A DNA stretch of 31,918 nt, from positions 1-31,918 of IMG/VR virus record IMGVR_UViG_3300032313_001308. The stretch is one strand, 5' to 3'. The first letter of the stretch is position 1. The number at the start of each line of letters is the position of its first letter. A model generated the notes under the pieces. The model had not been told where the DNA came from and searched no databases. It worked only from the letters and a program-made list of their open reading frames with translations. Made by a program: the position numbers and the translations under genes. This document shows positions 1 to 9,194 of the stretch, in pieces. Origin of the DNA: a virus (lineage: Duplodnaviria > Caudoviricetes).

Positions 1-2625
1 CAAAACGTATCCACATTCGGCACAGGTTGTGTGGGATTAAAAGTGGATGGTGCACTGCACAACGGTGGAAATGATTCAGTGGTGGCCAATGACTTCACAC
101 AAATACTATCAGATGGTATCGGATTCTGGGTGACCAATATGGGCAGATCAGAATTAGTTTCTGTATTCAGTTACTACAATCACATAGGATACCTAGCTGA
201 AAATGGCGGCAAGGTGCGTGCTACCAACGGCAACAACTCCTATGGAAAATTTGGATCAGTGTCTGAAGGTGGAGATGTCTCGGAAACTCCTATAACCTGC
301 GTGGTGGACAATAAGAGCACAGATGCTACCATCGGATTCACTTTTACCAACGGCAGTAAAATATTAGCTTTCGAATACAACAATGCTGGCACCAATTACA
401 CCACCAATGCTCAAATCACAGTGTCGGGTGATGGCTTTGGCATCACAGGACTAACACCTGTCATACAAAATGGAGCTCTCTATCATGTAAGAATGCTGGA
501 GACTGTGACTTCCCCCACCAGCAACTTTGGTGGTGAGGACTACAACAGCGGCAGCAACGTATCACAGAGTGGTACAGATCAGTTAATCACTATTTCCAAC
601 ACTGACACATCATTGGCCAGTCAGATGACCGGTTTGAGTATCTATATCATAGCAGGAATGGGTGCAGGACAATATGGTTACATAGTGGGTTTCAACGCAG
701 GTAATAAAAATGCCAAAGTGGCCAGACCTAGTTTTACACCTCTTGTGATCACAGCTGCCACAGCTGCCACAGATGAGTTCACTTGTGCAGATACCAGCAC
801 ACTGGAAGTGGGCATGCCTATCTTGTTCAGCGGCACAGCATTTGGTGGAGTGACCACCACAGCCACCAACCCTACCACGTATTTTATCGACACAATTGCA
901 TCAAATGGTATTGAGTTCACAATTTCTACATCAGTGGGTGGTGCAACATATGATATCCCCTTCGATGGTGCCGGCACTATGGAGTTGCACAAAGCTGGAT
1001 TCGATCATGTGGTCAACACAATTTGCACCAACACCACCACGTCAACCGACGTGATCACTTGTGCGTCCACAACAGCACTGACTGCTGGCACAGGAGTTCA
1101 GTTCGATGGAGCAGTTTTTGGCGGAATAAATCGATACACTCAATACTATGTGTTGGCAGGAGCCACTGCAACCACATTCAAAGTATCATTAACAGTGGGC
1201 GGCACTGCTGTGACTCTCAGCACGGCGTCGGGCACCATGACAGTAAGATCAGTGGAACCCATATTGGATCAGACCACACAGTATGAATATTCACCACGTT
1301 TAATAGTGAGTGCTCCTCCATCTGGCGTAAGAGCAATTTGTAGAGCAGTGGTGACCACTAATAAAATATCTTCCATAAGGATCTTAGAGCCAGGGTCTGG
1401 ATATGTGAGCGCGCCAACCATCACCATAGTTGATCCCAGCAACACAGTGGAAGCTCCATATCAAACATACATTGGAAACGGAGCACTTGGTCAGCCAACA
1501 TTCACCAATAGGGGAACTAACTTTTCAGCTGCCATAAGCACTGTGTCGGAAATTGGAGTATCTCGAGTGGTGTCCAACATCACAAATGCATCGCCACCAG
1601 TGATCACAACCACAGTGGCGCATACATACACAAATGGTAAAAAAGTCACATTCACAGATGTGTTAGGCATGTTCGAAATCAACAACGGTATTTTCTACTA
1701 CGTGAAATATGCGACTCCTACCACTTTTGAATTGTATGTGGACTCAGGATTAACAATACCTGTTGACACCACCAATTTCACTCCGTACCTTTCAGCAGGC
1801 AACGTGACGGAATTTGGAGGATTTAGAGATAGTCTACAGAGTGGAAAATTTATACAAGTGGAAGGTCTTTCTGCCATACCTCAGGCTGGATCCAACGTGG
1901 AGTTTGCATCCATACCTGGAGAATATTTTAGATTGGTAAGCGTGCAGGATCTTTTAGGCACCGCATATCCTTACACTGCTCTGTTGCAGATCAGTCCTGC
2001 GCTCACAATTAGCCAGGCACCGCCACATGGCGATGCTGTGTCAATCAAAATTAGATATTCGCAGATTAGATTAACAGGTCACGATTTCTTAGACATAGGC
2101 ACAGGTAATTTTACTACCACAAACTATCCAGGCTTGCCTTTAAACCCTCCTGACTCAGACAATGAAACTGTGGAATCAGGTGGTGGACGTGTGTTCTACA
2201 CCAGCACAGATCAAGACGGTAACTTTAGAGTGGGCAGTCTGTTCTCAGTGGAGCAGAGCACAGGAGTGGCCACGCTGAATGCGGATGCATTCAACATATC
2301 AGGTCTGCAGGAACTTTCACTGGGAGAACTGACATTGGGTGGCAGCACTGCTTCTATCAGTGAATTCAGCACAGATGGCACCATGGCAGGCAACAGCGAT
2401 CAAATTGTGCCCACACAGAGAGCCATTAGAACCTACATAGCCAGTCAAATTGGTGGTGGAGCCAGCAGTTTGAACGTGAACCAAATCACTGCGGGTTTGA
2501 TCACAATATTCAGTAATGTCATTGAGACCACCACAGGTGTGGCTATCAACATGAAGGCCCCTGTGAACTTCACTGGTGGAATAAAAGGATCACCTTTGGC
2601 TTTAGGATTTTACTTTAGAGGATAA
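1..2625 (+). CDS. Large virion structural protein (tail/baseplate-associated), 5'-truncated
   Basis: The frame is open from base 1 (QNVSTFGTGCVGLKVDG...), so the GTG at 31 is not the true start. Thr/Gly/Ser-rich with motifs typical of large myophage structural proteins (VANDFTQ..., GHDFLDIGTGNFTTTNYPG, GGGRVFYTSTDQDGNFRVG, ISEFSTDGTM...VPTQRAIRTYI). Has a duplicated module (FTCADTSTLEVG..FGGV / ITCASTTALTAG..FGGI) and an ITNASPPVITTTVAH..VTFTDVLGMFEIN module. Confidence 0.8.
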   Translation, partial: QNVSTFGTGCVGLKVDGALHNGGNDSVVANDFTQILSDGIGFWVTNMGRSELVSVFSYYNHIGYLAENGGKVRATNGNNSYGKFGSVSEGGDVSETPITCVVDNKSTDATIGFTFTNGSKILAFEYNNAGTNYTTNAQITVSGDGFGITGLTPVIQNGALYHVRMLETVTSPTSNFGGEDYNSGSNVSQSGTDQLITISNTDTSLASQMTGLSIYIIAGMGAGQYGYIVGFNAGNKNAKVARPSFTPLVITAATAATDEFTCADTSTLEVGMPILFSGTAFGGVTTTATNPTTYFIDTIASNGIEFTISTSVGGATYDIPFDGAGTMELHKAGFDHVVNTICTNTTTSTDVITCASTTALTAGTGVQFDGAVFGGINRYTQYYVLAGATATTFKVSLTVGGTAVTLSTASGTMTVRSVEPILDQTTQYEYSPRLIVSAPPSGVRAICRAVVTTNKISSIRILEPGSGYVSAPTITIVDPSNTVEAPYQTYIGNGALGQPTFTNRGTNFSAAISTVSEIGVSRVVSNITNASPPVITTTVAHTYTNGKKVTFTDVLGMFEINNGIFYYVKYATPTTFELYVDSGLTIPVDTTNFTPYLSAGNVTEFGGFRDSLQSGKFIQVEGLSAIPQAGSNVEFASIPGEYFRLVSVQDLLGTAYPYTALLQISPALTISQAPPHGDAVSIKIRYSQIRLTGHDFLDIGTGNFTTTNYPGLPLNPPDSDNETVESGGGRVFYTSTDQDGNFRVGSLFSVEQSTGVATLNADAFNISGLQELSLGELTLGGSTASISEFSTDGTMAGNSDQIVPTQRAIRTYIASQIGGGASSLNVNQITAGLITIFSNVIETTTGVAINMKAPVNFTGGIKGSPLALGFYFRG

Positions 2626-2704
2626 CCATGTATTATGATAAAAACAAAACACAGTCTAATAATTTTATGCCAACCAGTACACATGACGATTGCACCAAGA
2701 AAAG

Positions 2705-2712
2705 CATAAATA
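2705..2712 (+). promoter_or_regulatory. Putative T4-type late promoter (CATAAATA)
   Basis: One mismatch from TATAAATA; intergenic, about 40 nt before ATG 2752. Confidence 0.5.
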
Positions 2713-2751
2713 CAAACAAAAAACAAGCATTATAAAGGAAAGAAAAACAAT

Positions 2752-3072
2752 ATGGCAACAGGAAGATTAGGAACAGCAAACCTTGCAGCAAATGCATTAA
2801 CCAGCTTGTACATAGTGCCTAGCAACACTTTTACAGTGCTGACTTTGAGTATGTGCAACAGAAGTGCGGCAATCATAACAGCCAGAGTAGCAATAGCAAC
2901 CAGTTCTACACCCCAAGATGCAGAATATATTGAATATGACATACAGATTCCTGCAAATGGAGTTTTGGAACGCACTGGGATAGTGATGAAAGCAAACGAA
3001 ATTTTGGTAGTAAGATCATCAGCAGTGGATGTCTCTGCGGTGTGTTATGGTATTGAAACAAACGTGGCTTAA
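2752..3072 (+). CDS. Small conserved-looking phage protein, probable beta-sandwich virion component
   Basis: 106 aa with AAAGGA upstream. Pattern LYIVP...LSMCNRS...YIEYDIQIPANGVLERTGIVM resembles small proteins in tail regions of large phages. Confidence 0.7.
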   Translation: MATGRLGTANLAANALTSLYIVPSNTFTVLTLSMCNRSAAIITARVAIATSSTPQDAEYIEYDIQIPANGVLERTGIVMKANEILVVRSSAVDVSAVCYGIETNVA

Positions 3073-3087
3073 CAGAAAGATTGCAAA

Positions 3088-3555
3088 ATGGGACGACATA
3101 CATCTGTAGGAATATCACAATCAAGTGTATCGCCAAATCAAGCCTCAGGCTCAACGGCCCAAAGACCTATTTTCACCGCAGCACAAAAAGGTGTACAATA
3201 TTTCAACACTGATGTGAACCAACTGGAAATTTGGAACGGATCTTATTGGTTTGTGGTGGGAGAATTTCCCAACGTCGCCATCAGCACCAGTCAGACCTTA
3301 GGAAGCAATCATTCCTATTGGGTGGACACCACCGGTGGTTCTGTCACGCTGAATCTTCCATCCACTGCGCGTCAAGGTGATTATATAAAAATTACAGACA
3401 GTCATGGAACATTCAACACAAACAATTGCACCATAAACAACAACGGCAATCCAATTATGAGAGCCAATGATACTATGGTTATAAGCACGCAGGGTGCCTC
3501 GATCACTTTAGTATTTTTTGATTCTACACGAGGATGGTTGCTAGAAGCAATCTAG
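3088..3555 (+). CDS. Tail-fibre-associated protein with T4 gp34-like repeat domain
   Basis: N-terminal GSTAQRP...YFNTDVNQLEIWNG fibre motif. C-terminal VDTTGGSVTLNLP...GDYIKITDSHGTFNTNNCTI...LVFFDSTRGW resembles the gp34 proximal-fibre repeat. Confidence 0.7.
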   Translation: MGRHTSVGISQSSVSPNQASGSTAQRPIFTAAQKGVQYFNTDVNQLEIWNGSYWFVVGEFPNVAISTSQTLGSNHSYWVDTTGGSVTLNLPSTARQGDYIKITDSHGTFNTNNCTINNNGNPIMRANDTMVISTQGASITLVFFDSTRGWLLEAI

Positions 3556-3565
3556 AACAAAACCT

Positions 3566-4417
3566 ATGCCTTTCAATTATCAAAGTCTTAAACAACTAAC
3601 GTCAGCAGCCATCGTCGACGGTTCTATTCAGACAGCAGATATTGCAAATACCACAATCACAGGCTCACAGATAGTTAATGCAACAATCACTGCCACAAAT
3701 TTAGCAGTTGGTGCTGTGGATCTAAACACAAATGTTGTGTCAGGAGCACTGCCAGTGGCTCAAGGTGGTATTGGATTGACCACACTTACAGGTGCCAATC
3801 AAGCAATTCGTAGCAATGGATCCACTCTAAGTTTTGGACAGCATGGTATTCAAGGATTAAGTGTGTTCACTAGCGATAGCACGTGGACCAAACCAGCCGG
3901 CGTGAGATATATTCGTGTGCAATTGCAGGCGGGTGCTGGTGGAGGATCAGGTCATGGCGAAGGTGGTGGAGCAGGTGGATATGCCGAGAGATTTTTAGAT
4001 GTGACTTCAATCAGCTCAGTGGCGGTGACCATAGGTGGCGGTGGCAGTGGCACATATTATAACAATGCAGGTAATAACGGAGGAGCCAGCTCATTTGGCC
4101 CATATCTGTCGGCCAGTGCTGGTCATGGAGCCAACAGACAGAATAATCATTCAGGTGGAATAAGTGGAGTGGGATCCGGTGGCAATTTAAACCTACACAT
4201 GGGCGGCGGTCTAAGTCATCATGCCTACAGCGCACAGAGCTGTGCGGACACATATTTCGGCGGTGGAGCAGTTAGCAGCCACCCACAAGGCGGACATTTT
4301 GCACACAATCATCAAGGCCACTCAGCACCAGGCACGGGTGGAGCAGGCGCACATTTTCATGGACACAGGGGTTCGGATGGTCGTCCTGGCATTGTCATTG
4401 TGACTAACTATTATTAA
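3566..4417 (+). CDS. Gly-rich, His-rich fibre/adhesin paralogue 1
   Basis: MPFNYQ start; ~10-aa shaft repeats (IVDGSIQTAD/IANTTITGSQ/IVNATITATN); GALPVAQGG fibre motif; Gly-rich head (FTSDSTWTKPAGVRYIRV..GGGG..GRPGIVIV); 15 His. Confidence 0.8.
   Translation: MPFNYQSLKQLTSAAIVDGSIQTADIANTTITGSQIVNATITATNLAVGAVDLNTNVVSGALPVAQGGIGLTTLTGANQAIRSNGSTLSFGQHGIQGLSVFTSDSTWTKPAGVRYIRVQLQAGAGGGSGHGEGGGAGGYAERFLDVTSISSVAVTIGGGGSGTYYNNAGNNGGASSFGPYLSASAGHGANRQNNHSGGISGVGSGGNLNLHMGGGLSHHAYSAQSCADTYFGGGAVSSHPQGGHFAHNHQGHSAPGTGGAGAHFHGHRGSDGRPGIVIVTNYY
4100..4191 (+). repeat. 92-bp perfect direct repeat (second copy 5834-5925; partial copy in paralogue 2)
   Basis: CCATATCTGTCGGCCAGTGCTGGTCATGGAGCC...GGCAATTTAAA is identical in paralogues 1 and 3. 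Confidence 0.9.
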
Positions 4418-4449
4418 AGGTAAACTATGCCATTCAATTATCAAACACT
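4409..4449 (+). repeat. 41-bp perfect direct repeat across the gene junction (second copy 5276-5316)
   Basis: TATTATTAAAGGTAAACTATGCCATTCAATTATCAAACACT covers stop codon, spacer and start at both the paralogue 1/2 and 2/3 junctions. Confidence 0.9.
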
Positions 4450-5284
4450 TAAAAACTTAGTTTCTTCGTCGTTTGTAAGCGGTACCATCACAGGTGATGA
4501 CATAGGAAACACTCAAATCACTGAAGGCAAGATTGCCAACACCACAATAACTGCAACAAAACTCGCAGCTGGTTCAGTAAATTTAGCATCAACAACAGTT
4601 ACAGGCAGTGCTTCAGTTGCTTCAGGTGGCACTGGACAGACCGGCGTGGGCAGTGCATATCAAATTTTAGCAACCAATGCTACCAACACTGGTTTGACGT
4701 TTGCCCCATCTGGCATATACAGAATGCAGGTGTTCACTAGCAATGGCACGTGGACCAAGGCAACTGGCGTGAGATACATACACGTACAGGTGCAAGCAGG
4801 TGGCGGTGGAGCCAGCGGTCATGGAGAATCAGGCGCCGGAGGCGGGTACTCCGAACGAGTGTTGGATGTGACTGCAATCAGCTCAGTGAGCGTGACTGTG
4901 GGTGGTGGTGGTGGTGGCACATATTATAACAATGCAGGTGGTGATGGAGCTGCCAGCTCATTTGGTCCATATCTGTCGGCCAGTGCTGGTCATGGAGCCA
5001 ACAGACACAATAATCACAATGGCGGACTCAGTGGAGTGGGATCCGGTGGCAATTTAAATCTACACTCTGGATCAGGTGGTGGACATGAACAACGTTCTTC
5101 AGGCATGGGCGGAAGCACATTCTTTGGTGGACCTGCTCCATCAGGACATCCACAGGGTGGCCATTTCAGCCACGTCCATCAAGGTCATGCTGCCCCAGGC
5201 ACAGGTGGAACCAGTGGATATTTTTCAGGACACAGGGGTTCTGACGGTCGTCCTGGCATTATAGTAGTAACAGAATATTATTAA
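4427..5284 (+). CDS. Gly-rich, His-rich fibre/adhesin paralogue 2
   Basis: Same architecture as paralogue 1; AAGG upstream; 13 His, all in the C-terminal head. Confidence 0.8.
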   Translation: MPFNYQTLKNLVSSSFVSGTITGDDIGNTQITEGKIANTTITATKLAAGSVNLASTTVTGSASVASGGTGQTGVGSAYQILATNATNTGLTFAPSGIYRMQVFTSNGTWTKATGVRYIHVQVQAGGGGASGHGESGAGGGYSERVLDVTAISSVSVTVGGGGGGTYYNNAGGDGAASSFGPYLSASAGHGANRHNNHNGGLSGVGSGGNLNLHSGSGGGHEQRSSGMGGSTFFGGPAPSGHPQGGHFSHVHQGHAAPGTGGTSGYFSGHRGSDGRPGIIVVTEYY

Positions 5285-5293
5285 AGGTAAACT

Positions 5294-6148
5294 ATGCCAT
5301 TCAATTATCAAACACTAAAAAAAATCAACAGTGATTCAATCAGCAATCTTGCTTTGGTGGCTGCAAACTTTGCCAACACCACTATTCCCAGTGCCAAAAT
5401 TGCCACGGGTGGCATCACATCTGGAAAATTAGCTGTTGGTGCAGTTGATTATGCATCCAACGTTGTGACTGGCAGCGTGTCAGTCAGCAAAGGCGGAACT
5501 GGATTATCATCGGTAGGTGCTGCAAACACACTGTTGAGAACCAATGCTGCTGCCAATGCATATGAATATGCAGCACAGGGATTTTCAAGCATGCAGGTGT
5601 TCACTAGCAATGGCACGTGGAACAGACCAGCAGGCGTGAGATTTATTAAAGTAAAACTTCAGGCCGGAGGTGGTGGAGCCAGCGGTCATGGAGAGTCAGG
5701 TGCTGCAGGCGGGTACTCTGAACGAGTGTTGGATGTGACTGCAATCAGCTCAGTGGCGGTGACCATAGGTGGCGGTGGTGGTGGCACATATTATAACAAT
5801 GCAGGTGGTGATGGAGGAGCCAGTTCATTTGGTCCATATCTGTCGGCCAGTGCTGGTCATGGAGCCAACAGACAGAATAATCATTCAGGTGGAATAAGTG
5901 GAGTGGGATCCGGTGGCAATTTAAATCTACATCAAGGCGGTGGTGGATCGCATCATCACTCATTTGGACCAGGAGGAACCAGTCACTTTGGTGGACCTGC
6001 TCCATCAGGACATCCACAGGGTGGACATTTCAGTCACAATCACCAGGCACACAGCGCCCCGGGCTCAGGTGGCACGGGTGGATATTTTCATGGACACAGG
6101 GGATCTGACGGGAAATCAGGCATCGTGGTTATAGAGGAGTTTAAATAA
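5294..6148 (+). CDS. Gly-rich, His-rich fibre/adhesin paralogue 3
   Basis: Same architecture; 15 His; shares perfect DNA tracts with both paralogue 1 and paralogue 2. Confidence 0.8.
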   Translation: MPFNYQTLKKINSDSISNLALVAANFANTTIPSAKIATGGITSGKLAVGAVDYASNVVTGSVSVSKGGTGLSSVGAANTLLRTNAAANAYEYAAQGFSSMQVFTSNGTWNRPAGVRFIKVKLQAGGGGASGHGESGAAGGYSERVLDVTAISSVAVTIGGGGGGTYYNNAGGDGGASSFGPYLSASAGHGANRQNNHSGGISGVGSGGNLNLHQGGGGSHHHSFGPGGTSHFGGPAPSGHPQGGHFSHNHQAHSAPGSGGTGGYFHGHRGSDGKSGIVVIEEFK

Positions 6149-6192
6149 ATACTCATGCACAGTCTTTTTGTAAGGTTTAAACATGGTAAAAA

Positions 6193-6200
6193 TATAAATA
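6193..6200 (+). promoter_or_regulatory. T4-type late promoter TATAAATA
   Basis: Perfect consensus 20 nt before ATG 6221, followed by RBS GAGGAG (6208-6213). Confidence 0.7.
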
Positions 6201-6220
6201 GTATACAGAGGAGTTAACAT

Positions 6221-6715
6221 ATGAAAAAAGCATTGGTGAGTTATCAAGGATTCGTGAGTCAGATAGTAGATCCGGGTGAAGATTTTGAAATTTATGAAGG
6301 TCCTGATGCCGCTATGGCATGGGTCGATGCTCCTGATAACATTCAAGTAGAATGGACTCTTGAATGGAGCCCCACACAGCAAAGAATGATATGGGTTGAA
6401 CGTGAAGGTGCATTTAGCAGTAATGAAGTTGCAAGAAAAGTTGCCTACGGAGAGATTGGGGCACAATTAGGACAAATTTTTGACGATATCAAAGAACATG
6501 GGGCACTTACACCAGACGGCGCTTGGTATCAACATGTGCAAAATGTAAAAAATCTGATTGACAGACCAGTTTATGAACCACCAGTCACCATAGAAGAACA
6601 AATGGCACGTGCAGCTACCGAAGAACCATCTGTGAATAAAATTCATCAACCCAGCACAATGGAGATGCAATCATGGAAGAGATATCCAGGCTGGAAAGGC
6701 TATAACCAAAATTAA
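6221..6715 (+). CDS. Tail-fibre-associated protein, possible assembly chaperone
   Basis: Strong RBS. RKVAYGEIGAQLGQIFDDI...GAWYQHVQNVK resembles the R..AYP.I.DQLD...W..I..VK motif of small proteins that follow phage fibre genes. Confidence 0.6.
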   Translation: MKKALVSYQGFVSQIVDPGEDFEIYEGPDAAMAWVDAPDNIQVEWTLEWSPTQQRMIWVEREGAFSSNEVARKVAYGEIGAQLGQIFDDIKEHGALTPDGAWYQHVQNVKNLIDRPVYEPPVTIEEQMARAATEEPSVNKIHQPSTMEMQSWKRYPGWKGYNQN

Positions 6716-6773
6716 AAATTGTGTTTGTTTTTCAAAATCAGAATCGTTTCTAAACACTCAAAAATTTAAACAC

Positions 6774-6781
6774 CATAAATA
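6774..6781 (+). promoter_or_regulatory. Putative late promoter (CATAAATA) heading the enzyme operon
   Basis: TAAATA core 21 nt before ATG 6803. Confidence 0.55.
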
Positions 6782-6802
6782 TCTAGCAAATATAAAAATA
6801 TC

Positions 6803-8419
6803 ATGCATATTAAAACAGTAACTATTATTGGGGGCGGAAGTTCAGGATGGATGACAGCAGCAGCTTTGTCAAAATTATGTCCTCATTTGGAAGTAACATT
6901 AGTTGAATCCTCAAAAATTGCAACCATTGGTGTTGGAGAAAGCACTCTAGGACACATTAATAAATTTTTTGCATTATTAGAATTGAAAGATGAAGATTGG
7001 ATGGCAGCATGCAACGCTACCTATAAGAACAGTATTAGGTTCACAAATTTTAAAAACAATGATGGCACACATTTTGAGTATCCTTTCCAGTCTGGACTTG
7101 ATTATACTGACAAGCCATCTGGCTCGCAGGCCTGGTCTGAACTAGCCACTTTATATCCAGAAGAATTTCCTTCTAATACGTTTGCTGAATTTTATTGCAC
7201 AGGTAATACATTTTTAGCAAAATATAATAAACAAACACGTGATGAAAAAAAAATATTGCGGAACTATGATTTTGCCTGGGACACTGCTTATCACTTGGAT
7301 GCAGCATTATTGGGTCAATATCTTAAAAACAAAATCGCCCTGCCCAACGGTGTCAAACATGTGCAGGGTGAAGTACATTCATTTAAAAAAGATAGTCTAG
7401 GTAACATCACAGATATTCTTTTGGACGGAGGCACAGTGCTTCGTTCAGATTTATGGATTGACTGCACTGGATTCCAATCACTGTTACTTGAACAATGGAT
7501 GGGGTCAGAATTTCGATCGTTTGACAAATATCTAGCCAATGACAGTGCCTTGGCATGTAGAATTCCCTACGAAGATCGCGAAAAAGAAATGCACAATGTG
7601 ACTGACTGTCATGCATTAGGCAATGGATGGGTATGGAATATTCCTTTGTGGAATCGTATAGGCACTGGCTATGTTTATAGTTCAAGATTTACCTCTAAAG
7701 AAGAAGCCAAACGTGAATTTCGAAATCATCTGGCAACCACAGGTTCCAAAGAACGTGCCGAAAATGCAGAAATGATGGAAGTAAAAATTAGACATGGTCG
7801 CAGACGTCGTGCGTGGTTGGGCAATGTGGTTGGGGTTGGTCTCAGTTATGGTTTTGTAGAACCTTTGGAGTCAACAGGATTATTAACCACTCATGAAAAT
7901 ATAATCAAATTGGTAGATGCATTGAACCGAAGAGATGGATATCTAACTCGCACTGAACGTGAAGGATTCAATCTTGCCGTTGAAAGTGAAGTATTAAGAT
8001 TTCGTGATTTTGTTTCTCAACACTATGCATTCTCAAATAGAACAGACACTCCATATTGGAGATGGTGTACCCAACTCAATGAATATTGCCCTGATCAGAT
8101 GGGGGACTTTATTTTGCAACAAGGCCAATATCCTGGGTTAATGGGACATATTGTTGGAGCACAAAAATATCCTGAAGATTACGTAGGCAACATGTACATC
8201 GCTGCCGGCATGGGAGTGAAATCAATCTCTACAAAAAACCTAATCTATTATGGTGGCGCTCGCTTAGAAAAAATGCTTAAACAGGAACAAATTGGATACA
8301 CAAAGCGAAGATATGAAGAGTATAGAGATTTTGTATTAGAACATGTAAAAAAATTACCAAGTCACTATGAGTTCTTAAAAAAAGAAATATATGGCGGCAA
8401 AGATGACCACACTTTGTAA
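6803..8419 (+). CDS. Flavin-dependent halogenase, tryptophan halogenase (PrnA/VirX1) family, copy A
   Basis: GGGSSG FAD motif, IGVGEST, ATYK (PrnA K79 equivalent), IDCTGF, GWVWNIP, FVEPLESTG; all hallmark motifs canonical. Confidence 0.9.
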   Translation: MHIKTVTIIGGGSSGWMTAAALSKLCPHLEVTLVESSKIATIGVGESTLGHINKFFALLELKDEDWMAACNATYKNSIRFTNFKNNDGTHFEYPFQSGLDYTDKPSGSQAWSELATLYPEEFPSNTFAEFYCTGNTFLAKYNKQTRDEKKILRNYDFAWDTAYHLDAALLGQYLKNKIALPNGVKHVQGEVHSFKKDSLGNITDILLDGGTVLRSDLWIDCTGFQSLLLEQWMGSEFRSFDKYLANDSALACRIPYEDREKEMHNVTDCHALGNGWVWNIPLWNRIGTGYVYSSRFTSKEEAKREFRNHLATTGSKERAENAEMMEVKIRHGRRRRAWLGNVVGVGLSYGFVEPLESTGLLTTHENIIKLVDALNRRDGYLTRTEREGFNLAVESEVLRFRDFVSQHYAFSNRTDTPYWRWCTQLNEYCPDQMGDFILQQGQYPGLMGHIVGAQKYPEDYVGNMYIAAGMGVKSISTKNLIYYGGARLEKMLKQEQIGYTKRRYEEYRDFVLEHVKKLPSHYEFLKKEIYGGKDDHTL

Positions 8420-9191
8420 AAAATTATTTGGTTTTTTCCGCAATAAAAAAAAATTTATACGATTTTATTCAGTAGACAGAGGTACACCAACTTTGTTTCC
8501 AATAATTAAGTCAACCAATCTACCTAGAAATTATATAAATCAAAAACTACCCGTTGATACACTGGCGTCAAAAAATTGTCCAGGAGTAAAGAAAATTGTA
8601 TCAGCTGGTTGGATAGTACCCGCACCTGCTGATTTTATGATACAAACCAATGGTGACGGGGTAACTTTTGAATATGCAGAAACATACAGATTTAGCAAGG
8701 TGACTGCTGGCATGGATGCATACGTCACCAGTCATACTCGTGCTCAAACTGAACCTCTGCTTGATGATCCAAATACCACTTTAAAAACCGTAGTAAAAAT
8801 CGAGACGCCGTGGAGGATAGAAACTGATGAAGATACTTTATTGTTATTCATGCCTGTGACTTATAACAATGAAAATAGATTCAGTGCAGCTATAGGTATA
8901 TTTGATCCCAAATATGGCCATGTGCTCAATATTCAACTATTTTGGAAAGTGTTAGATGGAAAAACTATTGTCAAAGCTGGCACTCCACTGTGCCAAATTG
9001 TGCCTATTTCTAGGAAAGATTTCAACACATCTGCATATGATGTCACTATTGATGTGGCCACAGCAATAGATGAAGTGAAAGAAAAGGAATTCAATTATGC
9101 TTCTAATTGTTCTTTTATGGCAACCGATTCTTTAGGATCAAGAATAAATCGAGTGATCTCAATACTTAATAAATATAAAACAAAAGGATAA
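8391..9191 (+). CDS. Unknown-function protein (CP..G..PAD..PW..KAGTP family, possibly DUF6065-like), paralogue 1
   Basis: NCPG...GWIVPAPADF...KIETPWRI...PVTYNNENRFSAA...KAGTPLCQIVP; clear paralogue of 21911-22741. Start may be 8403. Confidence 0.7.
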   Translation: MAAKMTTLCKKLFGFFRNKKKFIRFYSVDRGTPTLFPIIKSTNLPRNYINQKLPVDTLASKNCPGVKKIVSAGWIVPAPADFMIQTNGDGVTFEYAETYRFSKVTAGMDAYVTSHTRAQTEPLLDDPNTTLKTVVKIETPWRIETDEDTLLLFMPVTYNNENRFSAAIGIFDPKYGHVLNIQLFWKVLDGKTIVKAGTPLCQIVPISRKDFNTSAYDVTIDVATAIDEVKEKEFNYASNCSFMATDSLGSRINRVISILNKYKTKG

Positions 9192-9194
9192 TTT

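Noticed and set aside
3566-6148. Diversity-generating retroelement or invertase shufflon
   Set aside because: No reverse transcriptase or recombinase in the window; the repeats are direct and the differences are not adenine-specific.
678-6670. Short alternative-frame and antisense ORFs, including the similar pair 4011-4253 and 5745-6017
   Set aside because: Nested in well-supported genes; their similarity simply mirrors the repeated adhesin DNA.
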